Shown one piece after another: positions 1 to 10,306 of a DNA stretch of 64,000 nucleotides. The position numbers and the translations under genes were made by a program. A model generated the notes under the pieces. That model was not told the origin of the DNA. It saw only the letters and a list, made by a program, of their open reading frames with translations, and searched no databases. Source of the DNA: Bacilli bacterium (lineage in GTDB: Bacteria > Bacillota_I > Bacilli_A > RF39 > UBA660); the NCBI GenBank assembly GCA_016296185.1, contig JAEDJT010000002.1, positions 4,226 through 68,225 of the forward strand, read 5' to 3'. Each line of letters begins with the position of its first letter. Position 1 is the stretch's first letter.

Positions 1-414
1 ATTATGCAAGATGCAATTGCTGTTGGTGTTGGGGTAGTAGATGCCAAAACAATTGATGAGATAAATATATTGGAAGCTTCAAGATTAGCTATGAAATTAG
101 CTATAGAAGATTTAAAAGTTAAACCTGAATATGTTTTAAGTGATGCTATGAAGTTAACTAATATTGATATTCCATATAAAGATATTATTCATGGCGATGC
201 TTTATCTTTATCTATAGCTGCTGGGTCCATAATTGCTAAAGTTACTAGAGATAGAATGCTATTAGAATTAGATAAAAAATATCCTCAATATGGATTTGCT
301 AAACATAAAGGATATCCAACAAAAGCACATTTAGAAGCTATACAAAAATATGGTTTATTTGAAGAATATAGATTTTCTTATAAACCAGTTAGTAATTTAA
401 TGAAAAAAGATTAG
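1..414 (+). CDS. rnhB: Ribonuclease HII, C-terminal part (5' end outside the window)
   Basis: Open frame runs from base 1. The translation has RNase HII-type motifs (EINILEASRLAM, GDALSLSIAAGSIIAKVTRD, YPQYGFAKHKGYPTKAH). Confidence 0.8.
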   Translation: MMQDAIAVGVGVVDAKTIDEINILEASRLAMKLAIEDLKVKPEYVLSDAMKLTNIDIPYKDIIHGDALSLSIAAGSIIAKVTRDRMLLELDKKYPQYGFAKHKGYPTKAHLEAIQKYGLFEEYRFSYKPVSNLMKKD

Positions 415-422
415 GAAGAGGA

Positions 423-2558
423 ATGGGTAGGATGAAAATATTTTATAATAAGGTATTTAAAAATTATTTTTTGTTAGTGTGTTGTTTATTTTTATTAGAA
501 GTATTTTTTAAATTATTTAATGGTATTTCATTATTTAATTGGTCAATTATAAGAATATTTTTAGGCGTAAACATGGTTTGTTTAATATTTGGTTTCTTAT
601 ATTCTTTTTGTGGCCGTATTGTTGGTAATGCTTTAACAATTATTACTGCATTTATTTTTACTATTTATAGTATTTTACAAACTGGTTTTTATAACTTTAT
701 AGGAACTTTTATGTCTTTAGGTAATATGAGTCAACTTGATGCTGTAGCTGACTATTTTGGAGATTATATTGCTAGTTTTAGATGGTATTACTGGATTATG
801 TTATTACCATTTATTGGTGTAGTTGCTTATTATGTTTTAGTTGAGCATAAAATTCATGTTATGGAAATGAATGAATTAATTGATTTTTCTGATAAATTTG
901 ATTCAGAAGAAAGAAAAGATTTAAATAATCGTAAAAGAAGAAAAGAATTAAAAAACACTATATTTGCTGAAAAAGCTAGTGCTATTATTGCAATAGGTTT
1001 ACTTACAGGTTTTTATTATTCAACATTTGTTGCACCATTTATGCAAAATGAACTACAAATTAAAACTAATTCTGAATTATTAGTTAATCCTGATTTACCT
1101 AATATTGCTAATGCTCAATTAGGATTTGTTGTTTATTCTTTAACTGATTCTAAATCTTTATTATTTCCAGCTAGTGTTAAGGTGAAATATGATTATGCTG
1201 ATGGGTATACAATTCAAGAACAAAAACAAAGTGGCTTTACTCGTAAAATAAATGATACTATTTGGAAAAAAGCAATTGAAGATGAACATAATTCTAGTTA
1301 TAAAACTTTAAGTAATTATTATATTAGTCAATCTATTACTGATGAAAATGATTATACTGGTTTATTTGCTGGTAAGAATTTAATTGTCATTATGATGGAA
1401 TCTGTAAATAATGTTGCTTTAAATCCTTCTTATTATCCTAATTTATATAAATTATATAGTGAAGGATGGAGTTGGGATAATTCATTTAGTCCACGTAATA
1501 GTTGTCCTACTGGTAATAATGAAATGGCTGGTATGGTTTCTTTATATACAATTAATAATAAATGTTCTGCCAATGCTTATATGAATAATGTATATCCTGA
1601 ATCAATATTTAATTTATTTAATGAAGCTGGATATACTACTTCTAGTTATCATAATTATACTGATCAATATTATTTTAGAAAGATTATTCATAATAATATG
1701 GGAAGTGGACATTATTATGGTGTTCAAGAACTTGGTATTCCTTATAGTGATGTTTATGAAGAATGGCCTAGTGATGTTGAGTTGATGAAAAAATTCTTAA
1801 AGAATTCTGAATCTGATGAAAAATATATGGCATGGATTTCAACTGTTTCTACTCATCATCCATATGGTGTTTCTAGTGAATTAGGAGATTTATATCTTGA
1901 CACATTTGCTAATACAAATTATAGTACTCCAATGAAGAGATACATGTCTAAGATGAAAGTTTTAGATGAAGCTATTGGTGTATTATTAGATGGCTTAGAA
2001 AAACAAGGTAAGTTAGATGATACTGTTATTGTCTTATATGGTGATAATTATCCATATGGATTAAAGACTGAATATTTAACTAATTATTTTGGTCATGATA
2101 TGTCTAAATATAATGAAGTTGATAAAACTCCTTTAATTATTTATAATTCAGCTATTAAGGCTACTAAATTTAATGAATATACTTCTTATATTAATATTAC
2201 ACCAACTGTTGCAAATTTATTTGGATTAGATTATGATCCTAGATATTATGCTGGTCATGATATTTTAAGTAAAGATTATGAAAATAGAGTTATTTTCTCT
2301 GATGGTTCATGGAGAGATGATGTTGCTTTCTATGATGCTACTAGTGGTAAAATTACTTTCTTTAGTAAAAACTTTACTTATTCTAATGATGAAATTAAGA
2401 GTATAAATAATTCAATTAAGAATAGAATTACAATGAGTAATCTTGCTATTAAAACTAATTATTTTAATTATCTTAATAATAGATTTAAAGAATATACTGT
2501 ATCTCCTATAAGTGGTGAAGCGGAATTAGTTACTGATAGTGAAGCAGAGAAAAAATAA
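423..2558 (+). CDS. LTA synthase / sulfatase-family membrane protein (LtaS-like phosphoglycerol transferase)
   Basis: 711 aa. N-terminal multi-TM region is followed by an extracytoplasmic sulfatase-like domain (IVIMMESVNN, SPRNSCPTGNNEMAGM, STHHPYG, VLYGDNYPYG). Start could also be the ATG at 432. Confidence 0.7.
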   Translation: MGRMKIFYNKVFKNYFLLVCCLFLLEVFFKLFNGISLFNWSIIRIFLGVNMVCLIFGFLYSFCGRIVGNALTIITAFIFTIYSILQTGFYNFIGTFMSLGNMSQLDAVADYFGDYIASFRWYYWIMLLPFIGVVAYYVLVEHKIHVMEMNELIDFSDKFDSEERKDLNNRKRRKELKNTIFAEKASAIIAIGLLTGFYYSTFVAPFMQNELQIKTNSELLVNPDLPNIANAQLGFVVYSLTDSKSLLFPASVKVKYDYADGYTIQEQKQSGFTRKINDTIWKKAIEDEHNSSYKTLSNYYISQSITDENDYTGLFAGKNLIVIMMESVNNVALNPSYYPNLYKLYSEGWSWDNSFSPRNSCPTGNNEMAGMVSLYTINNKCSANAYMNNVYPESIFNLFNEAGYTTSSYHNYTDQYYFRKIIHNNMGSGHYYGVQELGIPYSDVYEEWPSDVELMKKFLKNSESDEKYMAWISTVSTHHPYGVSSELGDLYLDTFANTNYSTPMKRYMSKMKVLDEAIGVLLDGLEKQGKLDDTVIVLYGDNYPYGLKTEYLTNYFGHDMSKYNEVDKTPLIIYNSAIKATKFNEYTSYINITPTVANLFGLDYDPRYYAGHDILSKDYENRVIFSDGSWRDDVAFYDATSGKITFFSKNFTYSNDEIKSINNSIKNRITMSNLAIKTNYFNYLNNRFKEYTVSPISGEAELVTDSEAEKK

Positions 2559-2573
2559 GAGATGAGGAATAAT

Positions 2574-4595
2574 ATGAAAAATTTAGTTATAGTGGAATCT
2601 CCAAGTAAAAGTAAAACTATTGAAAAATACTTAGGTGACAATTATAAAGTTGTTGCTAGTATGGGGCATATTAGAGATTTAGCTACTACAGGTAAGTTTG
2701 GATTAGGTGTTGACGTTGAAAATAATTTTGAACCTTCATATACTACTATGAAGGGCAAAAATAAAGTTGTTAGTGAATTAAAAAAATTAAGTAAAGATTC
2801 TGACATGGTTTATCTTGCAACCGACCCTGACCGTGAAGGAGAGGCAATCAGTTGGCATTTAAAAGAAGCTTTAGGTTTAAAGAAAGATTATCAAAGAGTT
2901 ACATTTAATGAAATTACTAAAGATGTAATTAAATCTTCTTTTGAAAATCCTAGAGATATTGATATGGATTTAGTTAAATCTCAAGAAACTAGAAGAATCC
3001 TTGATAGAATTATTGGTTTTAGATTATCTAAATTAATGCAATCAAAGACTGGTGGTAAAAGTGCTGGTCGTGTTCAAAGTGTTGCATTAAAATTAATTGT
3101 TGATAGAGAAAGAGAAATTGAAGCATTCATTCCTGAAGAATATTGGAGTATTACTGCTCAATTTGCTGGATTTGATGCTGACTTAGAAAAATTCAAAGGT
3201 GAAAAATTAGAAATTCATAATGAAAATGAAGCTCAAAGTATTTTGGACTCTTTAGATAAAGATTTCTTAATTACAAATATTGATAGTAAAGAAAAAGCTA
3301 AGAAAGGTGTTATGCCATTTAAAACTAGTACTTTACAGCAAACTGCAGTTAATAGATTAAATTTTGCAAGTAGCAAAACTATGAGAATTGCTCAAAAGTT
3401 ATATGAAGGTATTGATATTGGTAGTGAAACTGTCGGTTTAATTACATATATGCGTACAGATAGTGAAAGATTAAGTCCTGTATTTATTAATGAAGCATTT
3501 AAATATATTGAAGAAACTTTTGGAAAAAATTATGTTGGTGCTGTTAAGCAACAAAAGAAAAACGATAATATGCAAGATGCTCACGAAGGTATTCGTGTAA
3601 CTAGTGCATATAGAACTCCAGCTTCTTTAAAACAATATTTATCAGCTGATGAATATAAATTATATTCTTTAATTTATGCTAGAAGTATTGCTTGTTTAAT
3701 GGCGGATGCAAAGGTAAGATCTACTTGTGTAAGTTTATTAAATAATGATTATGAATTTAAAGCTAATGGTAGTGTATTAGTATTTGATGGTTATTTAAAA
3801 GTTTATGGCGATTATGAATCTAGTGAAGATACATTATTACCAGAATTAGTAGAAAATAGTAAAATTAGTTCTAATGATATTATTAAAGAACAACATTTTA
3901 CTAAACCAGCTCCTAGATATACTGAAAGTTCTTTAATTAAAGAATTAGAAAAATTAGGTATAGGTAGACCAAGTACATATGCTACTATTATGGAAACTAT
4001 TAAAGCTAGAAATTATGTTAAAGTTGAAGATAAAAAATTTATTCCTACAGATATTGGAATTGAAACTACTGATAAATTACAAGAAGGATTTAGTGATATT
4101 GTAAATGTAGATTATACTGCAAATATGGAAAATGAATTAGATGAAATAGCTGATGCTAAAATTAATAACATTGATGTATTAAAAGAATTCTATGATAAAT
4201 TCGAACCTTTAGTTGAAGATGCATTTAAAAATATGGAAAAATCTCAACCAGAAGAAACTGGAAATATTTGTCCTAATTGTGGTAGTCCTATGGTTATTAG
4301 AAATGGTAGATTTGGTAAATTTGAAGCTTGTTCTAATTATCCAGAATGTAAGACTATTATGAAAGAAGAAGTAGAAGTTAAAGAAATTTGTAATTGTCCA
4401 AATTGTGATAGTAAGATAGTAGAAAAGAAATCTCGTAGAGGTAAAGTATTCTATGGATGTAATAACTATCCAAAATGTAAAACTGCTTATTGGGATATGC
4501 CTATTGGTAGAAAATGTCCTGAATGTGGAGATATGTTATTAGAGAAGAAAAACAAGATTGTTTGTTCATCTTGTAATTATGAAGAAGAAAACTAG
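2574..4595 (+). CDS. topA: DNA topoisomerase I
   Basis: Toprim N-terminus LVIVESPSKSKTIEKYLG, DPDREGEAISWH, YMRTDS active-site region and C-terminal CxxC zinc-ribbon repeats. The ATG at 2574 is preferred over 2562 because a GAGGAA RBS lies upstream of it. Confidence 0.95.
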   Translation: MKNLVIVESPSKSKTIEKYLGDNYKVVASMGHIRDLATTGKFGLGVDVENNFEPSYTTMKGKNKVVSELKKLSKDSDMVYLATDPDREGEAISWHLKEALGLKKDYQRVTFNEITKDVIKSSFENPRDIDMDLVKSQETRRILDRIIGFRLSKLMQSKTGGKSAGRVQSVALKLIVDREREIEAFIPEEYWSITAQFAGFDADLEKFKGEKLEIHNENEAQSILDSLDKDFLITNIDSKEKAKKGVMPFKTSTLQQTAVNRLNFASSKTMRIAQKLYEGIDIGSETVGLITYMRTDSERLSPVFINEAFKYIEETFGKNYVGAVKQQKKNDNMQDAHEGIRVTSAYRTPASLKQYLSADEYKLYSLIYARSIACLMADAKVRSTCVSLLNNDYEFKANGSVLVFDGYLKVYGDYESSEDTLLPELVENSKISSNDIIKEQHFTKPAPRYTESSLIKELEKLGIGRPSTYATIMETIKARNYVKVEDKKFIPTDIGIETTDKLQEGFSDIVNVDYTANMENELDEIADAKINNIDVLKEFYDKFEPLVEDAFKNMEKSQPEETGNICPNCGSPMVIRNGRFGKFEACSNYPECKTIMKEEVEVKEICNCPNCDSKIVEKKSRRGKVFYGCNNYPKCKTAYWDMPIGRKCPECGDMLLEKKNKIVCSSCNYEEEN

Positions 4596-4613
4596 TTAAA
4601 TACTAGTTTTTTT
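4588..4613 (+). terminator. Intrinsic terminator of topA (overlaps the stop codon)
   Basis: Stem AACTAGT (4590-4596) pairs with ACTAGTT (4602-4608), 5-nt loop, T-run to 4613. Confidence 0.6.
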
Positions 4614-4614
4614 A

Positions 4615-4623
4615 TGTTATAAT
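4615..4623 (+). promoter_or_regulatory. Extended -10 promoter (TGtTATAAT) for the DUF1003 gene
   Basis: TG at 4615-4616 and TATAAT at 4618-4623, directly after the terminator T-run. It is one of at least 12 such modules in the window. Confidence 0.45.
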
Positions 4624-4638
4624 AATATAGGTGATAGT

Positions 4639-5157
4639 ATGGAAAATAATAATTCGGTAAATAAGAAAGCTTTAGTTAAAAAGTTATTAAAGCAAGAACT
4701 TGATGGAGCTCAAGAAGATGATTTACTTGAAATGCTTATTGATAAACCAATAGCAGTTGATGTAGATAAAATGGAAGATAGTAATTCTACATTTGGTGAT
4801 AAAGCTGCTGATAAAGTAGCTGAAATTGCGGGATCATGGACTTTTATTATTTGTTTTGTAGGATTCTTAGTTGGTTGGATTATAGTTAATATGGTTGTAT
4901 TACATAATTCTTCTGTAGATCCTTATCCGTTTATTTTACTTAACTTATTATTAAGTTGTTTATCAGCATTACAATCTCCATTAATTATGATGAGTCAAAA
5001 TAGACAAGCTAAAAAAGATAGTTTAAGAAGTCAAAATGATTATCAAATTGATTTAAAGAGTGAATTAATACTTGAAGACTTACATGATGATATTAAGAAG
5101 TTAATAAAAAATCAAAATGAAATATTAAAAAGAATAGAAGAATTAGAGAAAAAATAA
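4639..5157 (+). CDS. DUF1003 family membrane protein
   Basis: 172 aa. Two TM helices with DPYPFILLNLLLS...LQSPLIMMSQNRQ, typical of DUF1003, then a coiled C-terminus. Confidence 0.65.
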   Translation: MENNNSVNKKALVKKLLKQELDGAQEDDLLEMLIDKPIAVDVDKMEDSNSTFGDKAADKVAEIAGSWTFIICFVGFLVGWIIVNMVVLHNSSVDPYPFILLNLLLSCLSALQSPLIMMSQNRQAKKDSLRSQNDYQIDLKSELILEDLHDDIKKLIKNQNEILKRIEELEKK

Positions 5158-5183
5158 GTAACTAGCATGTTACTTATTTTTTT
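5154..5183 (+). terminator. Intrinsic terminator, immediately followed by TGtTATAAT (5183-5191)
   Basis: Stem TAAGTAAC (5155-5162) pairs with GTTACTTA (5169-5176), T-run 5177-5183. The TG of the extended -10 starts at the last T. Confidence 0.6.
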
Positions 5184-5210
5184 GTTATAATCATTATCAG
5201 GTGAAGAACT

Positions 5211-7007
5211 ATGAAACAAGAAAATATAAGAAACTTTTCTATTATTGCACATATAGATCATGGTAAAAGTACTTTAGCAGATAGAATATTAGAAATAACT
5301 GGTGGAGTAGATAAACATGATATGAAAGCTCAAATGCTTGATAGTATGGATCTTGAAAGAGAAAGAGGTATTACTATTAAGTTAAATGCTGTTCAATTAC
5401 ATTATAATTATAATAATGAAGATTATACATTACATTTAATAGATACTCCTGGTCATGTAGACTTTAGTTATGAAGTTTCCAGAAGTTTAGCTGCTTGTGA
5501 AGGTGCTATTTTAATTGTTGATGCAGCTCAAGGTATTGAAGCACAAACTTTAGCTAATTTATATTTAGCTTTAAATGATGATTTAGTTATTATTCCTGTA
5601 ATTAATAAAATTGATTTACCTAATGCTGATGTCCCTAAAGTATTAAAAGAGTTACATGATGTATTAGGTTTTAAGGAAGAAGAAGTACTACTTTGTAGTG
5701 CTAAAACAGGTCAAGGTGTTGAAGATATTGTTAAAGCTATTATTGAAAGAGTTCCAGCTCCTAAAATTAATAATGATGCACCTACTAGAGCTTTAATATT
5801 TGATAGTCATTTTGATGCGTATAGAGGTGTTATTGCCTTAGTAAGAGTATTTGATGGTAAAATTACTAGTAAAGATACTATGAAAATGTTAGCAACTGGT
5901 GATTCTTATGATGTTGTTGATTTAGGTGTTAATCATCCTAAAGAGGAAATTAAAAAAGAATTAGTATCTGGCGAAGTTGGATGGATAAGCGGTTCTATTA
6001 AAGATATTAGAAGTGTTAGAGTTGGTGATACTATTACAACTTTAAGAACTGAAGCTGAAGAACAATTACCTGGTTATCAACCAATGAAACCTATGGTTTA
6101 TAGTGGTATATTCCCAATTGAACCAAACAAATTTCCAGCATTAAGAGAAGCTTTAGAAAAATTACAATTAAATGATGCCGCTTTAACTTTTGAACCTGAA
6201 ACATCCGACGCTTTAGGATTTGGTTTTAGAACTGGTTTCTTAGGTTTACTTCATATGGATATTATTATGAGTAGACTTGAAAGAGAATTTGATTTAGATG
6301 TTATAGCAACTAGTCCATCAGTTATATATAATGTTACTTTAACTAATGGTAAAGTTGAAGTTATTGATAGTCCTACTAAAATGCCTGATAGAGGTACTAT
6401 TACTAAGATAGAAGAACCTTATATTAGAACTAATATATTTGTTCCTTCTGATTATATTGGTCCTATTATGGAATTATGCCAAGATAAAAGAGGGGATTAT
6501 ATTGGTATGGAATATATTGATCCTACTAGAGTTAATATTCATTATGAAATACCTTTAGCTGAAATAGTATATGATTTCTTTGATAAACTAAAATCTAGTA
6601 CTAAGGGTTATGCTTCATTTGATTATGAATTATGTGGATATAAACAATCAGATTTAATCAAGATGGATATTTTAATTAATGGTGAAATAGTTGATGCATT
6701 AAGTGTTATTGTTCATAAAGATTTTGCTTATGATAGAGGTAAAAAGATTGTTGAGAATTTAAAAGAAATAATTCCTAGACAATTATTCCAAGTACCTTTA
6801 CAAGCTAGTGTTGGTAGTAAAGTTATTGCTCGTGAAAATATTAGTGCAATGAGAAAGAATGTATTAGCTAAATGTTATGGTGGAGATATTTCTCGTAAAA
6901 AGAAATTATTAGAGAAGCAAAAAGAAGGTAAGAAAAGAATGAAAATGGTAGGTAGAGTAGAAGTACCTCAAGAAGCATTCTTATCTGTATTAAAAGCTGA
7001 TAAATAA
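5211..7007 (+). CDS. lepA: Translation elongation factor 4 (LepA)
   Basis: [21 protein letters not shown]1 motif, [13 protein letters not shown], and the LepA-specific C-terminal region. Confidence 0.95.
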   Translation: MKQENIRNFSIIAHIDHGKSTLADRILEITGGVDKHDMKAQMLDSMDLERERGITIKLNAVQLHYNYNNEDYTLHLIDTPGHVDFSYEVSRSLAACEGAILIVDAAQGIEAQTLANLYLALNDDLVIIPVINKIDLPNADVPKVLKELHDVLGFKEEEVLLCSAKTGQGVEDIVKAIIERVPAPKINNDAPTRALIFDSHFDAYRGVIALVRVFDGKITSKDTMKMLATGDSYDVVDLGVNHPKEEIKKELVSGEVGWISGSIKDIRSVRVGDTITTLRTEAEEQLPGYQPMKPMVYSGIFPIEPNKFPALREALEKLQLNDAALTFEPETSDALGFGFRTGFLGLLHMDIIMSRLEREFDLDVIATSPSVIYNVTLTNGKVEVIDSPTKMPDRGTITKIEEPYIRTNIFVPSDYIGPIMELCQDKRGDYIGMEYIDPTRVNIHYEIPLAEIVYDFFDKLKSSTKGYASFDYELCGYKQSDLIKMDILINGEIVDALSVIVHKDFAYDRGKKIVENLKEIIPRQLFQVPLQASVGSKVIARENISAMRKNVLAKCYGGDISRKKKLLEKQKEGKKRMKMVGRVEVPQEAFLSVLKADK

Positions 7008-7071
7008 AAGGAATTTTATATTCCTTTTTTTGTTTATTTTGATATAATAAGTTAACTTGGGGGATGGTCTT

Positions 7072-7677
7072 ATGATAAATATGGCAACTAACTATGATGA
7101 AGCTAAAAAGTTTATTACTAATGTTAGTGTTACTGAAGATGGAAAACAGTTTGAATTAACATTTGGTGATGGTCATGTTGAATATAGTGATTGTGTTAAT
7201 GATCATAATTATAATTTATATTTATATAGATTAGAAAAACAATTTTTAGAATATAAAGAAAAATTTGATAAGATGATAAGTAGAAAATATCTTCAAGTTA
7301 TTAATGAAAGATTTATTGGTACGTTATCAACTATTATTGTTTTATATTTTTCTTGTACTATGGATGTTCATGTTGTTATTAAAGTTATACTTAGTTTATT
7401 AATTGCTTTTACTGGTTTATGTTTTAGGATTAATTGTAATTTGAAATTTATTCAATTAGATAAAGTTAAGGAACATGTTGCATTAATGGATTATTTACAA
7501 AAACATATGAGTCAATATTATGGTAAAATAATAAATGAAGAAACTGGTGAAATTAAAGAGTCTCAAATTATTAATTTTAATAATATTGAAAGTTTTCGTT
7601 CTATAGATGGAATGAATAATATGTATAATCTTCTTAATTATAATGAAGAAAGTGAACCGGTAATGAAGAAAGGATAA
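7072..7677 (+). CDS. Hypothetical two-TM membrane protein, tandem paralog 1 of 3
   Basis: About 200 aa. Shares architecture with the next two ORFs: N-terminal soluble region with GDG/ADG, then an HNYN-LY-Y-LEKQF-YK-F helix, two TM helices and a C-terminal YL-KH segment. GGGGGA RBS lies before the ATG at 7072. Confidence 0.5.
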   Translation: MINMATNYDEAKKFITNVSVTEDGKQFELTFGDGHVEYSDCVNDHNYNLYLYRLEKQFLEYKEKFDKMISRKYLQVINERFIGTLSTIIVLYFSCTMDVHVVIKVILSLLIAFTGLCFRINCNLKFIQLDKVKEHVALMDYLQKHMSQYYGKIINEETGEIKESQIINFNNIESFRSIDGMNNMYNLLNYNEESEPVMKKG

Positions 7678-7682
7678 TATTT

Positions 7683-8306
7683 ATGATTGATTTAACTTTA
7701 AATGAATATGATAAAGATACTTTTATTACTGATATTTTGTTAAGTAAAGAATATGATAAGTTTTTAGTTAAATATGCTGATGGTTCTTCTATTATTGAAG
7801 ACTTTAATATTAGTTCTTTTAATTCTTTTTTGAGTAGAATGGAAAAACAATTTTATATGTATAAGGATGAATTTGTTGCTAGTATGAAGAAAAAGAAATT
7901 TAATGAATTTAGAAATATTATTGTTAGTATTGTTATTGAATTAGTTGCTTTAGGTTTTACTGTTTATGGTGATTTACCAAATATTTTAAAAACAATTTTT
8001 TGTATAGCTATTGCAATGATTTCTTTTGGGTATCAATTTTTTGTTGATAGTAAAATATATCAAGTTAATTCTAAATTAAATATTGTTAAATTATCTGAAG
8101 AATTATTGAAACATAAAAAAGATTTTAGTGTTAGAATTAAAGACCCTTCTGATAATAAGTATAAAGATTGGTATATTGTTAATCTTGCAAATATTGATGT
8201 TTTATTTGAAGTTGAGCATTTTGAACAAATAGATGCTTATTTCACTCCTGAAGTAAAAAATGATTATAAATTAAAGCTAACTAAAAAATTTAATAAAGAG
8301 AGTTAG
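7683..8306 (+). CDS. Hypothetical two-TM membrane protein, tandem paralog 2 of 3
   Basis: 207 aa. YADGSS, SFNSFLSRMEKQFYMYKDEF, two TM helices, LLKHKKDF. Only 5 nt after paralog 1. Confidence 0.5.
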   Translation: MIDLTLNEYDKDTFITDILLSKEYDKFLVKYADGSSIIEDFNISSFNSFLSRMEKQFYMYKDEFVASMKKKKFNEFRNIIVSIVIELVALGFTVYGDLPNILKTIFCIAIAMISFGYQFFVDSKIYQVNSKLNIVKLSEELLKHKKDFSVRIKDPSDNKYKDWYIVNLANIDVLFEVEHFEQIDAYFTPEVKNDYKLKLTKKFNKES

Positions 8307-8314
8307 GTGATATT

Positions 8315-8926
8315 ATGATAGATATGAGTCGTAAAGAAGATAATAAATCTGATTACATTGTTTATTTAGATAGAATTTTAGATAATACTTCTATTATGTA
8401 TGCTGATGGTGAACATAGTAATGAAGATTATAGTGCTCATAATTATAATGTTTATAGATATAAATTACTTGAACAAATTGAAAAATATAGTGAAGACTAT
8501 ATTGATAAGTTGAGTAAAGAATCTTTTTTGCTATTTTTACATAAGTGGACACCTATTGTTGGTAGTATTATCGGTATGTTTTTTGCTTATAATTTAGATT
8601 TAAGTAAAGTTAGTAAAATTATTTTAGCTTGTGTTTTATTAGCTTTTAATGATGTAAATTTACTTATTAATGAATTTTGGTGTGGCATTTTAACTGATAG
8701 ATTAGACAAAGTTGAATCATATCAATATTACTTGAAACATAAAAATACATTTATTGATAAGAGTGGTAAGGAAGATGAATTTATTCTTCCTATAGAAGAT
8801 ATTGATAATCATGATATGTCTTTAAATCAAGTTATTGGTATTAAAGAAACTATAGATGAGTATAAAAAGAATTATGGTGATGATATAATGGAATTATCAT
8901 TATTATATAAAAAATCTAGTAAATAG
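8315..8926 (+). CDS. Hypothetical two-TM membrane protein, tandem paralog 3 of 3
   Basis: 203 aa. YADGEHS, HNYNVYRYKLLEQIEKYSEDY, two TM helices, YYLKHKNTF. Confidence 0.5.
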   Translation: MIDMSRKEDNKSDYIVYLDRILDNTSIMYADGEHSNEDYSAHNYNVYRYKLLEQIEKYSEDYIDKLSKESFLLFLHKWTPIVGSIIGMFFAYNLDLSKVSKIILACVLLAFNDVNLLINEFWCGILTDRLDKVESYQYYLKHKNTFIDKSGKEDEFILPIEDIDNHDMSLNQVIGIKETIDEYKKNYGDDIMELSLLYKKSSK

Positions 8927-8962
8927 ATAGTAATTATTATATAATTTTTGGTAGGTGATAAT

Positions 8963-9535
8963 ATGGATAGACAAAAGTTATTTAAAGTTGAATTAGATTA
9001 TATTATTGATAAAGATATTAAAAAATCTTTAAGTATTATGATTGATTTAATTCCTGAATATTTTTTTACTATTCCAGCTAGTAGTACAGGTAAATATCAT
9101 CCTAGTTATGCAACTGGAGATGGTGGGTTAGTTAGACATACTAAAGCTGCTGTTAGAATGGCATATGAATTATTTGGTATATATAAATTTCCTCAACATA
9201 CAAAAGATTTAATTATTATGGGATTATTATTACATGATAGTTTAAAAAAAGGAGAAGTTGAAGAAAAATATACACGTTTTGATCACCCAGTTTTAGCTGG
9301 TGAATTTATTAAGAAACATGAAAAAGAATTAAAATTAAATAAGGAAGATATTGAATTCTTATATGATATTATTAGTTCTCATATGGGAAGATTTAACACT
9401 AGTGATTATAGTGATGTTATACTACCATTACCTAAAACTCCTGAACAAAAATTTGTTCATATGTGTGATTATTTAGCTAGTAGAAAAGTGTTAGATGTTA
9501 AATTTGATAATGATAATAATATAATAGATGAGTAA
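8963..9535 (+). CDS. HD-domain phosphohydrolase
   Basis: GGLVRHTKAAV...LLLHDSLK...HMCDY pattern (H...HD...D). AGGTGA RBS before the ATG at 8963. Confidence 0.6.
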   Translation: MDRQKLFKVELDYIIDKDIKKSLSIMIDLIPEYFFTIPASSTGKYHPSYATGDGGLVRHTKAAVRMAYELFGIYKFPQHTKDLIIMGLLLHDSLKKGEVEEKYTRFDHPVLAGEFIKKHEKELKLNKEDIEFLYDIISSHMGRFNTSDYSDVILPLPKTPEQKFVHMCDYLASRKVLDVKFDNDNNIIDE

Positions 9536-9594
9536 TCATCTTTTTTTATCACTAATAGAATAATGGAATAAACTATAATGATAGGAGAATTATT

Positions 9595-10296
9595 ATGGTT
9601 TATTGTATATTAATTCCTTTTATAGGAACATGTATTGGTTCTTTAATAATATTTTTTATTAGAACTGAGATTAAGACTAATATGGAAAATATTATTCTTG
9701 GTTTAGCTGCTGGTATTATGATGGCAGCAAGTATTTGGTCATTAATTATACCTAGTATTGATATTGGTAATGTATATAAATCAAGTATTGGTTTATTATT
9801 AGGTATATTTTTATTTTATTTATTAGATAGATTAGTTATTGATAAAGATTATTTTATATTAGATAAAGTTATGTTTGCGATTAGTGTTCATAATATACCT
9901 GAAGGTATGGCAGTAGGTGTATTATTATCTTCTTATTTGTTAGGTAATGCATCTTTAATATCTTGTCTTGCTTTAAGTATAGGTATTGGAATACAAAATA
10001 TTCCTGAAGGTTTTATTGTTTCGTTAAATAAATTTAAAAAAGGGTATACTTCTTATAAATCGTTTATATATGGTTTTATATCAGCAATATTCGAATTGTT
10101 AGGTTGTTTAATAACTTTATTATTTACTAATACTGTAAGTACTTTATTACCTTACTTATTATCAATTGCTGCAGGTGCAATGATATATGTAATAGTACTG
10201 GAATTAATACCTGAATCAAATAATGAAAATAAGTTAAATGTATTTGGTTTTATTGTAGGTTTTATAATAATGATGATATTAGATGTTATATTGTAG
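9595..10296 (+). CDS. ZIP family metal (zinc) transporter
   Basis: 233 aa polytopic protein with HNIPEGMAVG and QNIPEGF motifs typical of ZupT/ZIP. Confidence 0.7.
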   Translation: MVYCILIPFIGTCIGSLIIFFIRTEIKTNMENIILGLAAGIMMAASIWSLIIPSIDIGNVYKSSIGLLLGIFLFYLLDRLVIDKDYFILDKVMFAISVHNIPEGMAVGVLLSSYLLGNASLISCLALSIGIGIQNIPEGFIVSLNKFKKGYTSYKSFIYGFISAIFELLGCLITLLFTNTVSTLLPYLLSIAAGAMIYVIVLELIPESNNENKLNVFGFIVGFIIMMILDVIL

Positions 10297-10306
10297 GTGA
10301 AATGAA

